Shown here piece after piece: positions 47,186 through 56,446 of a stretch of DNA of 64,000 bases. Below the pieces are notes generated by a model. The model ran no database searches and was not told the DNA's origin. It worked only from the letters and a program-made list of their open reading frames with translations. Source of the DNA: Candidatus Versatilivorator sp. GTDB taxonomy: Bacteria; Acidobacteriota; Terriglobia; Versatilivoradales; Versatilivoraceae. The stretch lies in the NCBI GenBank assembly GCA_965207735.1, contig OZ242296.1, forward strand, positions 3,616,001 through 3,680,000, read 5' to 3'. The first letter of the stretch is position 1. Each line of letters opens with the position of its first letter. The position numbers and the translations under genes were made by a program.

Positions 47186-47872
47186 GGCGCTGAGGTTAAC
47201 CGCGACGGGATACCAAGTTCGCGAAGGGTTGATCGATTTCTGATTGTTTCACTCTATGTATGATCCGCACACCAGGGCGGGGCCCCGGCTTGCCTGAGAC
47301 AAGCGACAAAAGACAAAAGAAAAAGACTTATCCACGAAGGGGCACGAAGGACGACGAAGGGCCACTAAGGCGCTGAGGTTAACCGCGACGGGGTACCAAG
47401 TTCACGAAGGGATGGTCGATTTCAGATTGTTTCACTCCCGTATGATCCGCCCGGCAGGGCGGGGGCCCGGCTTATCTGAAACAGCCGAAAAAAGACAAAA
47501 GAAAAAGAGGAATCCACGAAGGGCCACTAAGGCATTGAGGTTAACCGCGACGGGATACCAAGGTTAGGAAGGGATGATCGATTTCCGATTGTTTGACTCT
47601 CGTATGATCCGCCCCGTCGTGGGGGGCGGGGGCCGGACCTATTAGTAATTGATAATCCCCGGGCGACCCATCGAGCCGCGGAGCGGCGGCAGCAGGTAGC
47701 CGTGGGCGTAAGCCCATGGAAAGGGGTAGCTCCACGTCGAGCCGCGAAGGCGGCGACAGCAGAGGGCCGAAAGCGCGAGGCCCCGGAGACCGGCTCACCT
47801 GAAATAAAAGAAAACAGAGTGATCCACGAAGGGACCCGAAGAACGACGAAGGGACACTAAGGCGTTGAGGTT
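47115..47872. repeat. Tandem array of 3 full plus 1 partial ~166-182-bp non-coding units
   Basis: Units start at 47115, 47289, 47471 and 47794: A-rich/GACAAAA tract, (CACGAAGGxx)1-3, CACTAAGGC..TGAGGTTAACCGCGACGGG.TACCAAG, GATTGTTT.ACTC..GTATGATCCGC, GC-rich end. Confidence 0.92.
47671..47760. repeat. GTAG-type REP composite element embedded in the array
   Basis: GTAG-CCGTGGGC-GTAA-GCCCATGG hairpin flanked by two TCGAGCCGCG..GCGGCG.CAGCAG hairpin repeats. Confidence 0.75.
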
Positions 47873-47918
47873 GGCAATCTTTGAGAGTTGGTCCTTGGGA
47901 ATTCTTCTGCGGGGCAGA

Positions 47919-48278
47919 CTAAACCGACATCTCTCCAACCACGGCTTCTACCTCGTCGATGGGCTCCATCTCGATGGCGTCCCAGGGACAGCCATCCAGA
48001 AAGGATCCGTCGGGACCCTGGCTGGTGCACTTCTTGCAACCGATGCAGAGAAAAGGGTCCACTTCGATGTGGCCAAAGGGAGGATGGTCTTCGTCCGGCA
48101 CCCAGAACATGCAGTCCGCCACGGGGCAATAGGGGACACAGGCCGGCGAGCCGGCGCAGCCCGTGCAGCACTCCGTGATGACGGCGATGGCGCGGGGCTT
48201 TTTCTTGCGTGGGGTTTCTATTCCTTCCGACTTGGGTTCCAGCTTGGGTAGGGAAGAGATTTCGTCCAGTGGGTACAT
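47919..48278 (-). CDS. 2x[4Fe-4S] ferredoxin-like protein
   Basis: CCTGCAGSPACVPYCP and CIGCKKC-x12-CPWDAI. Confidence 0.85.
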   Translation of the reverse strand: MYPLDEISSLPKLEPKSEGIETPRKKKPRAIAVITECCTGCAGSPACVPYCPVADCMFWVPDEDHPPFGHIEVDPFLCIGCKKCTSQGPDGSFLDGCPWDAIEMEPIDEVEAVVGEMSV

Positions 48279-48494
48279 CCATCCTCCGGGTCAAGACAGG
48301 GTCGAAAAACGTTTATCTCCAACAATGGCCTAATCATAGCACAGGTAACGGAGTCGTCCAATGGGCCGCGTGCAGCCAGGGCCGGGTTGCCTTTTGCTTG
48401 CAAGATCAGGTTTGTTTCCTGTAGTTTGACCTGTGCTAATGGGCCATGGGGGCCGGCCAGAGTCAGGGACGGCCAATTCCCGCGAGGAGCCTGC

Positions 48495-49439
48495 ATGGAA
48501 ATCGTGGTGCCAATTGTTCTGGTGGTGTTGGGGCTGGGAGCAGCCTATTTGGCCCTTGGTGGTTTGGTCCGGCTGGGAAAGGAAAGACCGGAGTTCTGGC
48601 TCTTCGGGTTGGGAGTGCGCAGCCGGTTCGGTGCCTTGAAGGTCCTGCTAGTGGCGCTGGCGCTGCTGGTTCTGGCCTGGTCGTTTCGACAGCAGGGTTC
48701 CCTGATTCGCGGGTTGCAGCCGGAATTGGCGGGAGCGCAGGAGGAGGCCAGGGCTCGCTTGGATCGGCTTGAGGTGGCCGCCCGGTCGCTAACGGATCTT
48801 AAAGCCCAGGTCCAGCATCTCACCGAACAAAAACAGGAATATCAGCGGATCGCCGGCCGCCGCCAGACCGAGTTGGCGGCGCAGGCCAAGTCGCTGGAAG
48901 AGGCGCTTCAGCGGCAAGAGCAGGCGGCTGCCGGATTCCAGGAGAGCCTGGCTGAACTGGACCGGCTATTGGAGGCTCTTCAACAGGAGAAAGAGGCGGC
49001 AGTGAGGGCTTCCCTCCGTTTGAAGCAGGACCTGCGCTCGGCCGAGTCCAAGCTGGCACTCTCCCGGCAAAGCCACGAGGAGTTGACGGGGACACTCTCG
49101 CGGCTGACCGCCGAAAAACGGGACGAATCGAAGAGTCTCCGGGAAGAGATCGAGAAGCTCAAGTCCTCCCATCACGACCAGAAGCGGCGAACCGACCTTC
49201 TCAGACATGGGCTGGTGTCGCGGGAAGCCCACGATTGGTCCCTGGAGCAGGAAATCGAAAAACTTGCCAATCTCATTTCCGACGACCCCGACGCCAGCTT
49301 TTCCCGCCAGACGAACATTGCCCGCACCCTGCAGAGGATCCAGGAGCTTCTCCGGGAAGGCACTGCCCTGGCCCAACAGGCCAAGGCGGCCGAAACCCGC
49401 CTGCGTGGATCCCGGACCGTATCCGCCGATTCCGACTGA
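48495..49439 (+). CDS. Hypothetical 2-TM protein with long coiled coil
   Basis: AGGAG RBS, two hydrophobic segments, ~220 aa of heptad-rich Q/E/K/R sequence. Confidence 0.7.
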   Translation: MEIVVPIVLVVLGLGAAYLALGGLVRLGKERPEFWLFGLGVRSRFGALKVLLVALALLVLAWSFRQQGSLIRGLQPELAGAQEEARARLDRLEVAARSLTDLKAQVQHLTEQKQEYQRIAGRRQTELAAQAKSLEEALQRQEQAAAGFQESLAELDRLLEALQQEKEAAVRASLRLKQDLRSAESKLALSRQSHEELTGTLSRLTAEKRDESKSLREEIEKLKSSHHDQKRRTDLLRHGLVSREAHDWSLEQEIEKLANLISDDPDASFSRQTNIARTLQRIQELLREGTALAQQAKAAETRLRGSRTVSADSD

Positions 49440-49440
49440 A

Positions 49441-51282
49441 TCACCGTTCTTCCCTTTGAGACCAGCGGCCGCTGGCCGCGGGCTGGCGAAAGTGATCGTA
49501 GACGTTTCTGGCGATTCGGGGAGAGGTTTCGGCGACCAGGCGGTCCAGCGGTGCGGCGGCGATTTGGGGGACGCTGCCCAGCCGTTGCAGCAGCCGCTTG
49601 GCGGTCTTGTCGCCCACCCCGGGAATCTGGGTGAGCACCGAGGTGAGGGTTCGGCCGGAGCGCCGCCGCCGGTGGAAGGTCACGGCGAAGCGGTGGGTTT
49701 CGTCCCGGATGCGCTGGACCAGCCGCAGGACCGGAGAATGCCGGTGCAAGCGGATGGGCTCCTGCTCGCTGCCTCGAACATAGATCAGCTCCTCTTTCTT
49801 GGCAATGCTGGCCAGAGGCTGGGTGGTGAGGTCCAGGGCGTCGAGAGCGGCGGCGGCGGCATGGAGTTGTCCCAGGCCACCGTCGACCAGGACCAGGTCG
49901 GGCAGGGGGCGGCGTTCTTGCAGGAGTCTCCGGTAGCGGCGAGAAACCACTTCGACCATGCTCTTGAAGTCGTCTGGACCGCTGACTGTCTTGATGATGA
50001 ATTTGCGGTAGTCGGCCTTCTTCATTCGGCCGTCCTCCCAAACCACCATGCAGGCCACGCAATCCGACCCCTGAATGTTGGAGACGTCGAAAGACTCGAT
50101 CCGCTTTGGAGGGTTTTCCAGGTCCATCAGCTCGGCCAGAGCCTCACCGATCATCCGGATGCCGGGATTCAAGGTGCGGAAGCGTTGGTCGAAAGTCAGG
50201 CGGGCGTTCCTTTGGGCCAGGCAGACCAGTTGCTTCTTGGGACCTCGTTGCGGTTCTTTCACGGCCACCCTTCTCCCTTTCCGGTTTGAAAGATAGGAAG
50301 CCAGAATATCCTGGTCCTCAAAACCGGAGGAAACCAGGACCTCGTCGGGGGTAAAACTGGAGTCGAAGTAGTACTGCTTGAGCAGCGAGGCCAGAATATC
50401 TCGATTGGTGGCGCCACTGGCCAGATCTTCCCAGAAATACTGGTGCCGGTCCACCACGCGGCCGCTTCGCAAGTGGAAGAGCTGCACGGCCGCCTTGTTT
50501 TCCTCCCGGTGGAGCGCGAAGACGTCCAGGTCGGCGGTTCGATTGGAAGACATGCGTTGCGGCTCGGAAAGCTGGTCGATGGTCCGGATCATGTCCCGCA
50601 GGTGAGCCGCCAATTCGAACCGTTCCCCATCGGCGGCTCTCATCATCTTGCCGCGCAAGCTCTTGATGAGCTCGCGCCGTTTCCCCTCCATGAACCACCT
50701 GAGGTCCCGGACCCGCCCGGCATACTCCTCTCGGCTGCAAACCGAAGCCACGCAAGGCCCCATGCAGCGCTTGATGTGGTAATCGAGGCACACCCTGGGC
50801 CGCCGGCCGTCTATTTCAATGGAGCAGGTACGAATCTGGAAATGACGACTCATCAGTTTGAAGATTCGGGAGGCCAGACTGGCGGGAAAGAAGGGACCGA
50901 AATAGAGGGCCCCGTCGCTCTTGACGCGGCGGGTCACCAGGATGCGTGGAAAGGGCTCGTTGACGGTCAGCTTGATGCAGGGGTAGGTCTTGTCGTCCCT
51001 GAGGAGGATGTTGTACTTGGGCTTGTGTCGCTTGATCAGGTTGTTCTCGAGAGCCAGGGCCTCCATCTCGTTGTCGACGACGATGCACTCGAGATCCGCG
51101 ATCTCCGAGCGCAACTGGTCCAGCTTGATGTCGGAGTGGCGGGAATCCTGGAAATAGCTTCTGACCCGGTGGCGCAGCGACTTGGCCTTGCCCACGTAGA
51201 TGATGTCGCCCCGGCTGTCCTTGTAGAGATACACCCCCGGTTCGGTGGGAAGATCGGCGGTCTTTTCTTCCAGGGCTCGCAT
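49441..51282 (-). CDS. uvrC: Excinuclease ABC subunit C
   Basis: GIY-YIG (PGVY..IIYVGKAK.LR.RV.SYF), DDKTYP, IE.FD.SN, DGG.GQL, RDETHRFA, HhH IPGVG; alternative start at 51300. Confidence 0.97.
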   Translation of the reverse strand: MRALEEKTADLPTEPGVYLYKDSRGDIIYVGKAKSLRHRVRSYFQDSRHSDIKLDQLRSEIADLECIVVDNEMEALALENNLIKRHKPKYNILLRDDKTYPCIKLTVNEPFPRILVTRRVKSDGALYFGPFFPASLASRIFKLMSRHFQIRTCSIEIDGRRPRVCLDYHIKRCMGPCVASVCSREEYAGRVRDLRWFMEGKRRELIKSLRGKMMRAADGERFELAAHLRDMIRTIDQLSEPQRMSSNRTADLDVFALHREENKAAVQLFHLRSGRVVDRHQYFWEDLASGATNRDILASLLKQYYFDSSFTPDEVLVSSGFEDQDILASYLSNRKGRRVAVKEPQRGPKKQLVCLAQRNARLTFDQRFRTLNPGIRMIGEALAELMDLENPPKRIESFDVSNIQGSDCVACMVVWEDGRMKKADYRKFIIKTVSGPDDFKSMVEVVSRRYRRLLQERRPLPDLVLVDGGLGQLHAAAAALDALDLTTQPLASIAKKEELIYVRGSEQEPIRLHRHSPVLRLVQRIRDETHRFAVTFHRRRRSGRTLTSVLTQIPGVGDKTAKRLLQRLGSVPQIAAAPLDRLVAETSPRIARNVYDHFRQPAASGRWSQREER

Positions 51283-51380
51283 AGGGATTTCCCCGTCCAT
51301 TATGCCACGCCCCCAAAACGGCTAGAAAGTGTCGGGAGACCTGCCTGAACCGCTGAGGGCTATCCATGAAAAACAAAAAA

Positions 51381-51502
51381 GAAATCCACGAAGGGGCACG
51401 AAGGACGACGAAGGGCCACTAAGGGGTTGGAGAAGGCTCAAGAGGGATCCGTCAAGGGTCAGGAAAGGGGGAATAGGTATCCACGAAGGGGAACGAAGAA
51501 CC
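51381..51502. repeat. Two dispersed CACGAAGG decamer modules between uvrC and folB
   Basis: CCACGAAGGGGCACGAAGGACGACGAAGGGCCACTAAGG is identical to the unit-2 module; second module CCACGAAGGGGAACGAAGAACC at 51481. Confidence 0.85.
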
Positions 51503-51562
51503 ATCATGCACATCCCCCATGCTATCATCGGGCCATTGTGAGCCTGTTAGGGTCGACCGGTC

Positions 51563-51916
51563 ATGGACAAGATTTTGCTGAGGGACATTCGACTGCAGAT
51601 GAAGGTGGGCACCACCCGGCAGGAACGCGGTCAAGCTCAGCCCTGCCGGGCCGACCTGACCCTGTGGCGGCCCTTGGAGAAAGCCCGTAAGGGACGGTTG
51701 GACAAGACTGTGGACTATAGCGCCGTTTACCGCCGGGTCGAGGAGTTGTGCGAGGTTCGAACCTTTACTTTGCTGGAGGAAGCGGCTCTGTTGATCTGCA
51801 GAGAGGTGCTGAAGGACTTCCCGGTCAGGAAGGTCAGGGTTCGAATCGGCAAGACCAGTCCCTTCACCCAAAAGCTGGGTTTTGTGGGGGTCGAGGTGGA
51901 GCGCCGCCGGTCCTGA
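51563..51916 (+). CDS. folB: Dihydroneopterin aldolase
   Basis: MDKI.L..I....VG....ER...Q, TVDY..VY, F.LLE, V.I.K. Confidence 0.85.
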   Translation: MDKILLRDIRLQMKVGTTRQERGQAQPCRADLTLWRPLEKARKGRLDKTVDYSAVYRRVEELCEVRTFTLLEEAALLICREVLKDFPVRKVRVRIGKTSPFTQKLGFVGVEVERRRS

Positions 51917-51947
51917 GGTCCGGCCTTTCCGGAAAGGAGCGCGTTGC

Positions 51948-52997
51948 ATGAAGGCGGTGATCCTGGCGGGCGGCGAGGGAACCCGGCTGAGGCCGTTGAC
52001 GCTCCGTATGCCCAAGCCGGTGGTTCCCATCGCCAACGTCCCTTTTCTCGGGTATCAGCTCGACTTGCTGCGCCGCCACGGCATCAGCGAAGCCATCCTG
52101 AGCCTGGGCTATCGGCCCGACAAGATCGAAGCGGAATTGGGTGACGGCAGCCGATTCGGGATTCGGCTCCGCTACGTGGTCGAGCAGTCTCCCCTGGGTA
52201 CCGGCGGGGCTTTCAAGAATGCGGAGCCATTCCTGGACGGCCCAGCCGTCGTTTTTAACGGGGACATTCTCTGCGATTTCGATCTGACCGAGATCCTTCG
52301 CTCCCACCGCCGGCGCTCGGCAACCGCCACCCTGACCCTGACCCGAGTCGACAACCCTTCCGCCTACGGATTGGTGGAAACCGGGGAAGATGGCCGGGTC
52401 GCGCGTTTTCTGGAAAAGCCCGGCCGGGACCAGGTCACCTGCGACACCATCAATGCCGGGCTCTATGTGCTGGAACCGGAAGTTCTCAAGGCCATTTCGG
52501 CCGGCGTGAACACCTCCTTCGAAAGGGAGGTGTTTCCAGGTCTGCTGGCTGGCGGAAGGCCCGTCTATGCCTATATCTCGCCGGGTTACTGGATCGACAT
52601 CGGCACCCCCCAAAAGTATTTGCAGGCTCACCGGGACATTTTGGAGGGGCGGTATGTTCCTACTGTAGCCGGTTTCCGGTTCAGCCCGGCGGGTCTTCCT
52701 CAACGGGAAGGTTGCGACAGCCTGGTCCGGAACTCTGTAGTCGCCTCTTCGGCCCGGGTCGGGAAGGGGTCCAGGATCTTCGGCTCCGCCATCGATCAGG
52801 ACTGCCAGGTGGGCGAACGGGCGATCATCCGCGGTTCAGTGCTTTGGAAAGACGTGCAGGTGGGAGAAGGAGCCCAGTTGCGGGGCTGTGTCCTGGGCAA
52901 CGGCTGCCGCATCGGGCCCCACGCCGAGGTGGGGGAGGGGGTGGTCCTGGGAGACGCCTCCCGCCTCTCGGCCTACAGCCGGCTTCGATCACCCTGA
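51948..52997 (+). CDS. NDP-sugar synthase (mannose-1-phosphate guanylyltransferase-like)
   Basis: LAGG.GTRLRPLT..PKP, PLGTGGA, NGD, FLEKP, W.DIGTP, C-terminal hexapeptide repeats. Confidence 0.9.
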   Translation: MKAVILAGGEGTRLRPLTLRMPKPVVPIANVPFLGYQLDLLRRHGISEAILSLGYRPDKIEAELGDGSRFGIRLRYVVEQSPLGTGGAFKNAEPFLDGPAVVFNGDILCDFDLTEILRSHRRRSATATLTLTRVDNPSAYGLVETGEDGRVARFLEKPGRDQVTCDTINAGLYVLEPEVLKAISAGVNTSFEREVFPGLLAGGRPVYAYISPGYWIDIGTPQKYLQAHRDILEGRYVPTVAGFRFSPAGLPQREGCDSLVRNSVVASSARVGKGSRIFGSAIDQDCQVGERAIIRGSVLWKDVQVGEGAQLRGCVLGNGCRIGPHAEVGEGVVLGDASRLSAYSRLRSP

Positions 52998-53013
52998 GGA
53001 GGGAGAGATTCGA

Positions 53014-54210
53014 TTACCGGGTTTCCTCGGCCACCGTTGGAGTCGCCGGCGCCGGGACTTCGATGGGAATCTGCTCGACCACCCGAATCCCGTAGCCCTC
53101 CAATCCGACGATGCGGCGGGGGTGGTTGGTCAGCAGCCGAATGTGCTTGAGGTTCAGCCGGGAGAGAATCTGGGCTCCAGTGCCGTAGTCCCTCTGGGCT
53201 CGACGCCCGCTGTAGACCTCCGCCTCGGCGGAGGTCATGCCATGGTAGGCGATGCGATTGCGTCCATCACCCTTCTTGAGCTGAAATCCCCTCCCGGTCT
53301 GGTGCAGGTAGAGCAGCACTCCGCTGCCGGCCTGGGCAATGCGCCGCAAACAGCGTTCGACCTGAGCGCGGCAATCGCACCGGATCGAATGAAAGACATC
53401 CCCTGTCAGGCAGTGGGAATGAACCCTGACCAGCACCGGTTCCTCCGGACGAATGGTGCCGTACACCAGGGCCACGTGGGTCTCCTGCTCGATCTCGCTT
53501 TCGAAGGCCAGCATGCGGAAGGTGCCGAACTCGGTCGGCAAGTCGGCCTCGGCAACCAGCTTGACGAATGATTCGGTCCGTAGCCGGTACTCAATCAGGT
53601 CGGCCACGGTGATCATTTTCAGTCCGTGTTCGGTGGCAAACTTGTGCAGTTCGCCGACCCGGGACATGCTGCCGTCGTCATTCATGATCTCGCAGATGAC
53701 GCCTGCCGGCCTCAAGCCGGCGATTCGGGCCAGGTCGACGGCCGCCTCGGTCTGGCCGGCTCGTATGAGCACGCCGCCTCGGCGAGCCCGCAAGGGGAAC
53801 ACGTGGCCGGGCTTGACCAGATCGCCGGGCCGGGTGTGGGTGGAGATGGCCGTCAGAATTGTCTGGGAGCGGTCGGCCGCCGAAATTCCCGTGGACACTT
53901 TCCCCCTGGCCTCGATCGATACGCAAAAAGCGGTGCCGTAGCGGGAATTGTTGTCGTTCACCATCAGAGGAATCCGCAGCTCGTCCAGGCGTTCTCCGGT
54001 CAGGGGAAGACAGATCAAGCCCCGACCGAATTTGGCCATGAAGTTGATGGCTTCGGGTGTCACCTTCTCGGCGGCGATGGTCAGGTCGCCTTCGTTTTCC
54101 CGATCCTCGTCGTCGACCACGATGAGCATCTTTCCCGACCTGACGTCCTCGATGGCCTCTTCAATGGTTGAAAAATAACTTTCCAATGGCTTCCTCGGCA
54201 GGCACTGCAT
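53014..54210 (-). CDS. ribBA: 3,4-dihydroxy-2-butanone 4-phosphate synthase fused to a degenerate GTP cyclohydrolase II domain (RibBA/RibBX)
   Basis: [33 protein letters not shown] intact; C-terminal domain [14 protein letters not shown] with altered downstream motifs. Confidence 0.88.
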   Translation of the reverse strand: MQCLPRKPLESYFSTIEEAIEDVRSGKMLIVVDDEDRENEGDLTIAAEKVTPEAINFMAKFGRGLICLPLTGERLDELRIPLMVNDNNSRYGTAFCVSIEARGKVSTGISAADRSQTILTAISTHTRPGDLVKPGHVFPLRARRGGVLIRAGQTEAAVDLARIAGLRPAGVICEIMNDDGSMSRVGELHKFATEHGLKMITVADLIEYRLRTESFVKLVAEADLPTEFGTFRMLAFESEIEQETHVALVYGTIRPEEPVLVRVHSHCLTGDVFHSIRCDCRAQVERCLRRIAQAGSGVLLYLHQTGRGFQLKKGDGRNRIAYHGMTSAEAEVYSGRRAQRDYGTGAQILSRLNLKHIRLLTNHPRRIVGLEGYGIRVVEQIPIEVPAPATPTVAEETR

Positions 54211-54236
54211 GGAATGGTGTTCTCGGGAGCTGAGCC

Positions 54237-54884
54237 TCAATATCCCCGGTCCCGGAGGTACTGAGCAGTCAGGCCGTCGTGGCTGCCGTCGTGTCGCCGG
54301 TGGTCCAGCGCGGCCTCCACGTACTTGGCCAGAATGTCGCACTCCAGGTTCACCCGATCTCCCGGCCGTCGCCGGGACAGGTTGGTATGTTCCAGTGTGT
54401 GGGGGATGATGGCCACTTCAAAGAAATCTTTCCCCAGCCTGGACACCGTCAGGCTGATTCCATCGACGGCGATAGACCCTTTCTCGACCACGTAAGCTCG
54501 CATCCCCTCGGGCAGCGAAAAGCGGAAAAGGGCGAACGCCTGCTGCTTCTCGATCCTGACCACTCGGGCGACGGCGTCCACGTGACCCTGGACGAAATGG
54601 CCTCCCAATCGTGCCGTGGGCAACAGGGGCAACTCCAGGTTGATGGAGTCCCCTGGACTGAGACTGCCCAGATTGGACCTCTCCAGCGTTTCCCGCGACA
54701 GGTCCGCCTGAAACCCCTTCCCGTTCCGGCCGGTCACGGTCAGACAGGCTCCGTTGACGGCGATGCTGTCGCCGAGCCGGAGCTCCGAACCCAGACGAGA
54801 GGCAAGCACTTCCAGTAGGGCCGTGTCTCCTCGCCGGCTCAGCGACCCCACCCGACCGACGTCCTGAATGATTCCGGTGAACAT
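54237..54884 (-). CDS. ribE: Riboflavin synthase (alpha chain)
   Basis: MFTGII, GDSIAVNGACLTV, GGHFVQGHVD, KGSIAVDGISLT, IIPHT. Confidence 0.97.
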   Translation of the reverse strand: MFTGIIQDVGRVGSLSRRGDTALLEVLASRLGSELRLGDSIAVNGACLTVTGRNGKGFQADLSRETLERSNLGSLSPGDSINLELPLLPTARLGGHFVQGHVDAVARVVRIEKQQAFALFRFSLPEGMRAYVVEKGSIAVDGISLTVSRLGKDFFEVAIIPHTLEHTNLSRRRPGDRVNLECDILAKYVEAALDHRRHDGSHDGLTAQYLRDRGY

Positions 54885-54896
54885 CCCACTCCCGGC

Positions 54897-56024
54897 TCAA
54901 TGCGGCTGGTCCATGGTTGGGCTCGAGGACTTCGGGTAAGCCTCGATCATGAGGTCGGGACCGATCCGTTCGATTCTGGAGAAGGCCAGCGGAGGCGCCT
55001 GGTCCAGCCTGGGGAATCCGGCGCCTCCGAACATGGGGACTGCCTGTCCCCCCAGGATCCTGGGGGCCAGGAAGCAGACCAGCTTGTCGATGACCTGGCC
55101 GTGCAGGGCTTCGAAGTTGATCTCGCTCCCCCCCTCGATCAGGAGGCCCACAACCTGACGGCGTCCCAACTCCTCCAGAACCGGAGCAAATGGAACCCGG
55201 GCGCCGGCACCGGAAGTCGGAATGACTTCGATGCCTGTCTCCTCCAGCGTGCGCCGCCGGTCGGGGTTCGGCCTCCGGCCGCAAAAAACGATTATATCAC
55301 CCTGGCTGCGGGTGCTTGCCAGGCGGCTGTCCGGCGGGAGACGCAATCGGGAGTCCAGGACCACGCGCAGCAGGGGCCGAGTCCGGGGCTGTCCGCTGCG
55401 GTCGGTCAGCAGGGGGTCATCCTGGAGCACGGTTCCGATGCCAACCAGGACGGCATCGGCCTCCAGGCGCATCCGGTGCACCCGTTGGCGGGACACCGGA
55501 CTGGTGATCCATTGAGGAGGGCCGCTGCCGGCGGCGATTCTGCCGTCCAGGGTGGCTCCAACCTTGGCGGTCACGAAAGGTTTCCGGCAGGAAATGTATT
55601 TGGCAAAGGCTTCGTTGAGCCTGCGAGCTTCCTCCTCGCGGACACCGGCCGTGACTTCGAGGCCGGCCGAGGTCAACCACTCCAGACCCTTGCCCGCCAC
55701 CAGCGGATTCGGGTCTCTCATGGCCACCACCACCCGGGTGATTCCCGAGTCCACGATGGACCTGCAACAAGGGCCGGTGCGGCCCTGATGGCAGCAGGGT
55801 TCCAGATTGACGTAGAGAGTCGCTCCCCGGGCCCGGTCGCCGGCCTGCTCCAGGGCCCAAACCTCGGCGTGCTTGCGTTGGCCGTATCGATGAACACCCT
55901 GGCCGACCACGCGGCCGTCCCGAACCAGGACCGCTCCCACCATGGGATTGGGACTGGCCAGCCCCCTTCCTTGCAGGGCCAGCTCCATGGCCTGCCCCAT
56001 ATGGTAGTGGTCACGTTCGGACAT
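54897..56024 (-). CDS. ribD: Bifunctional pyrimidine deaminase/reductase
   Basis: PNPMVGAV, HAE, LEPCCH.GRT.PC, TLDGRIA, WIT, LIEGG. Confidence 0.97.
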   Translation of the reverse strand: MSERDHYHMGQAMELALQGRGLASPNPMVGAVLVRDGRVVGQGVHRYGQRKHAEVWALEQAGDRARGATLYVNLEPCCHQGRTGPCCRSIVDSGITRVVVAMRDPNPLVAGKGLEWLTSAGLEVTAGVREEEARRLNEAFAKYISCRKPFVTAKVGATLDGRIAAGSGPPQWITSPVSRQRVHRMRLEADAVLVGIGTVLQDDPLLTDRSGQPRTRPLLRVVLDSRLRLPPDSRLASTRSQGDIIVFCGRRPNPDRRRTLEETGIEVIPTSGAGARVPFAPVLEELGRRQVVGLLIEGGSEINFEALHGQVIDKLVCFLAPRILGGQAVPMFGGAGFPRLDQAPPLAFSRIERIGPDLMIEAYPKSSSPTMDQPH

Positions 56025-56051
56025 GGTGGAGTGTTGCGGGCCCGCGACCTA

Positions 56052-56142
56052 CTTATTCGAAACAAGAGAAAAAGAGTTATCCACGAAGTCGTACGAAGGA
56101 CCACGAAGGGCCACTAAGGCGTTGAGGTTAACCGCGACGGGG
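56052..56142. repeat. Dispersed 5' half of the tandem array unit
   Basis: AAAAAGAGTTATCCACGAAG..CCACTAAGGCGTTGAGGTTAACCGCGACGGGG matches the array units. Confidence 0.85.
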
Positions 56143-56156
56143 CAGATTATTGATTC

Positions 56157-56299
56157 ACATCGATGCACAGGATGCACAGGATTTTTTCTGGAGACGGTGG
56201 GCCTGCAGTCCTAAACATCCGCAAATCCAAATCGGATAATCGCCCGAACTGGCTTCTGGTGCAGCAAGCTCTCATCCTGTTAATCCTGTGCATCCATGT
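56157..56299. mobile_element. MITE-like element with 26-bp imperfect terminal inverted repeats built from 9-mers (GATGCACAG)
   Basis: ACATCGATGCACAGGATGCACAGGAT versus ATCCTGTTAATCCTGTGCATCCATGT (23/26 complementary). Confidence 0.7.
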
Positions 56300-56446
56300 T
56301 CAATTCATAGTCCTTCTCGATTGATCTTCCCCGTGGCGGGCCTTGGCTGTGCCCAACGCCCCGATTCCCAGTCAGGGTCCCGTGCAGCGGCTTCTGGTCC
56401 TATTACTCCTGTCCCTAACCCGTGAACGCCGGTCGCCGGCTGGACC

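Noticed and set aside
47115-47872. CRISPR array
   Set aside because: Whole units are homologous, so there are no unique spacers; the period is ~175 bp; no cas genes
56025-56446. FMN riboswitch upstream of ribD
   Set aside because: No RFN consensus blocks visible on the minus strand; the region is explained by repeats
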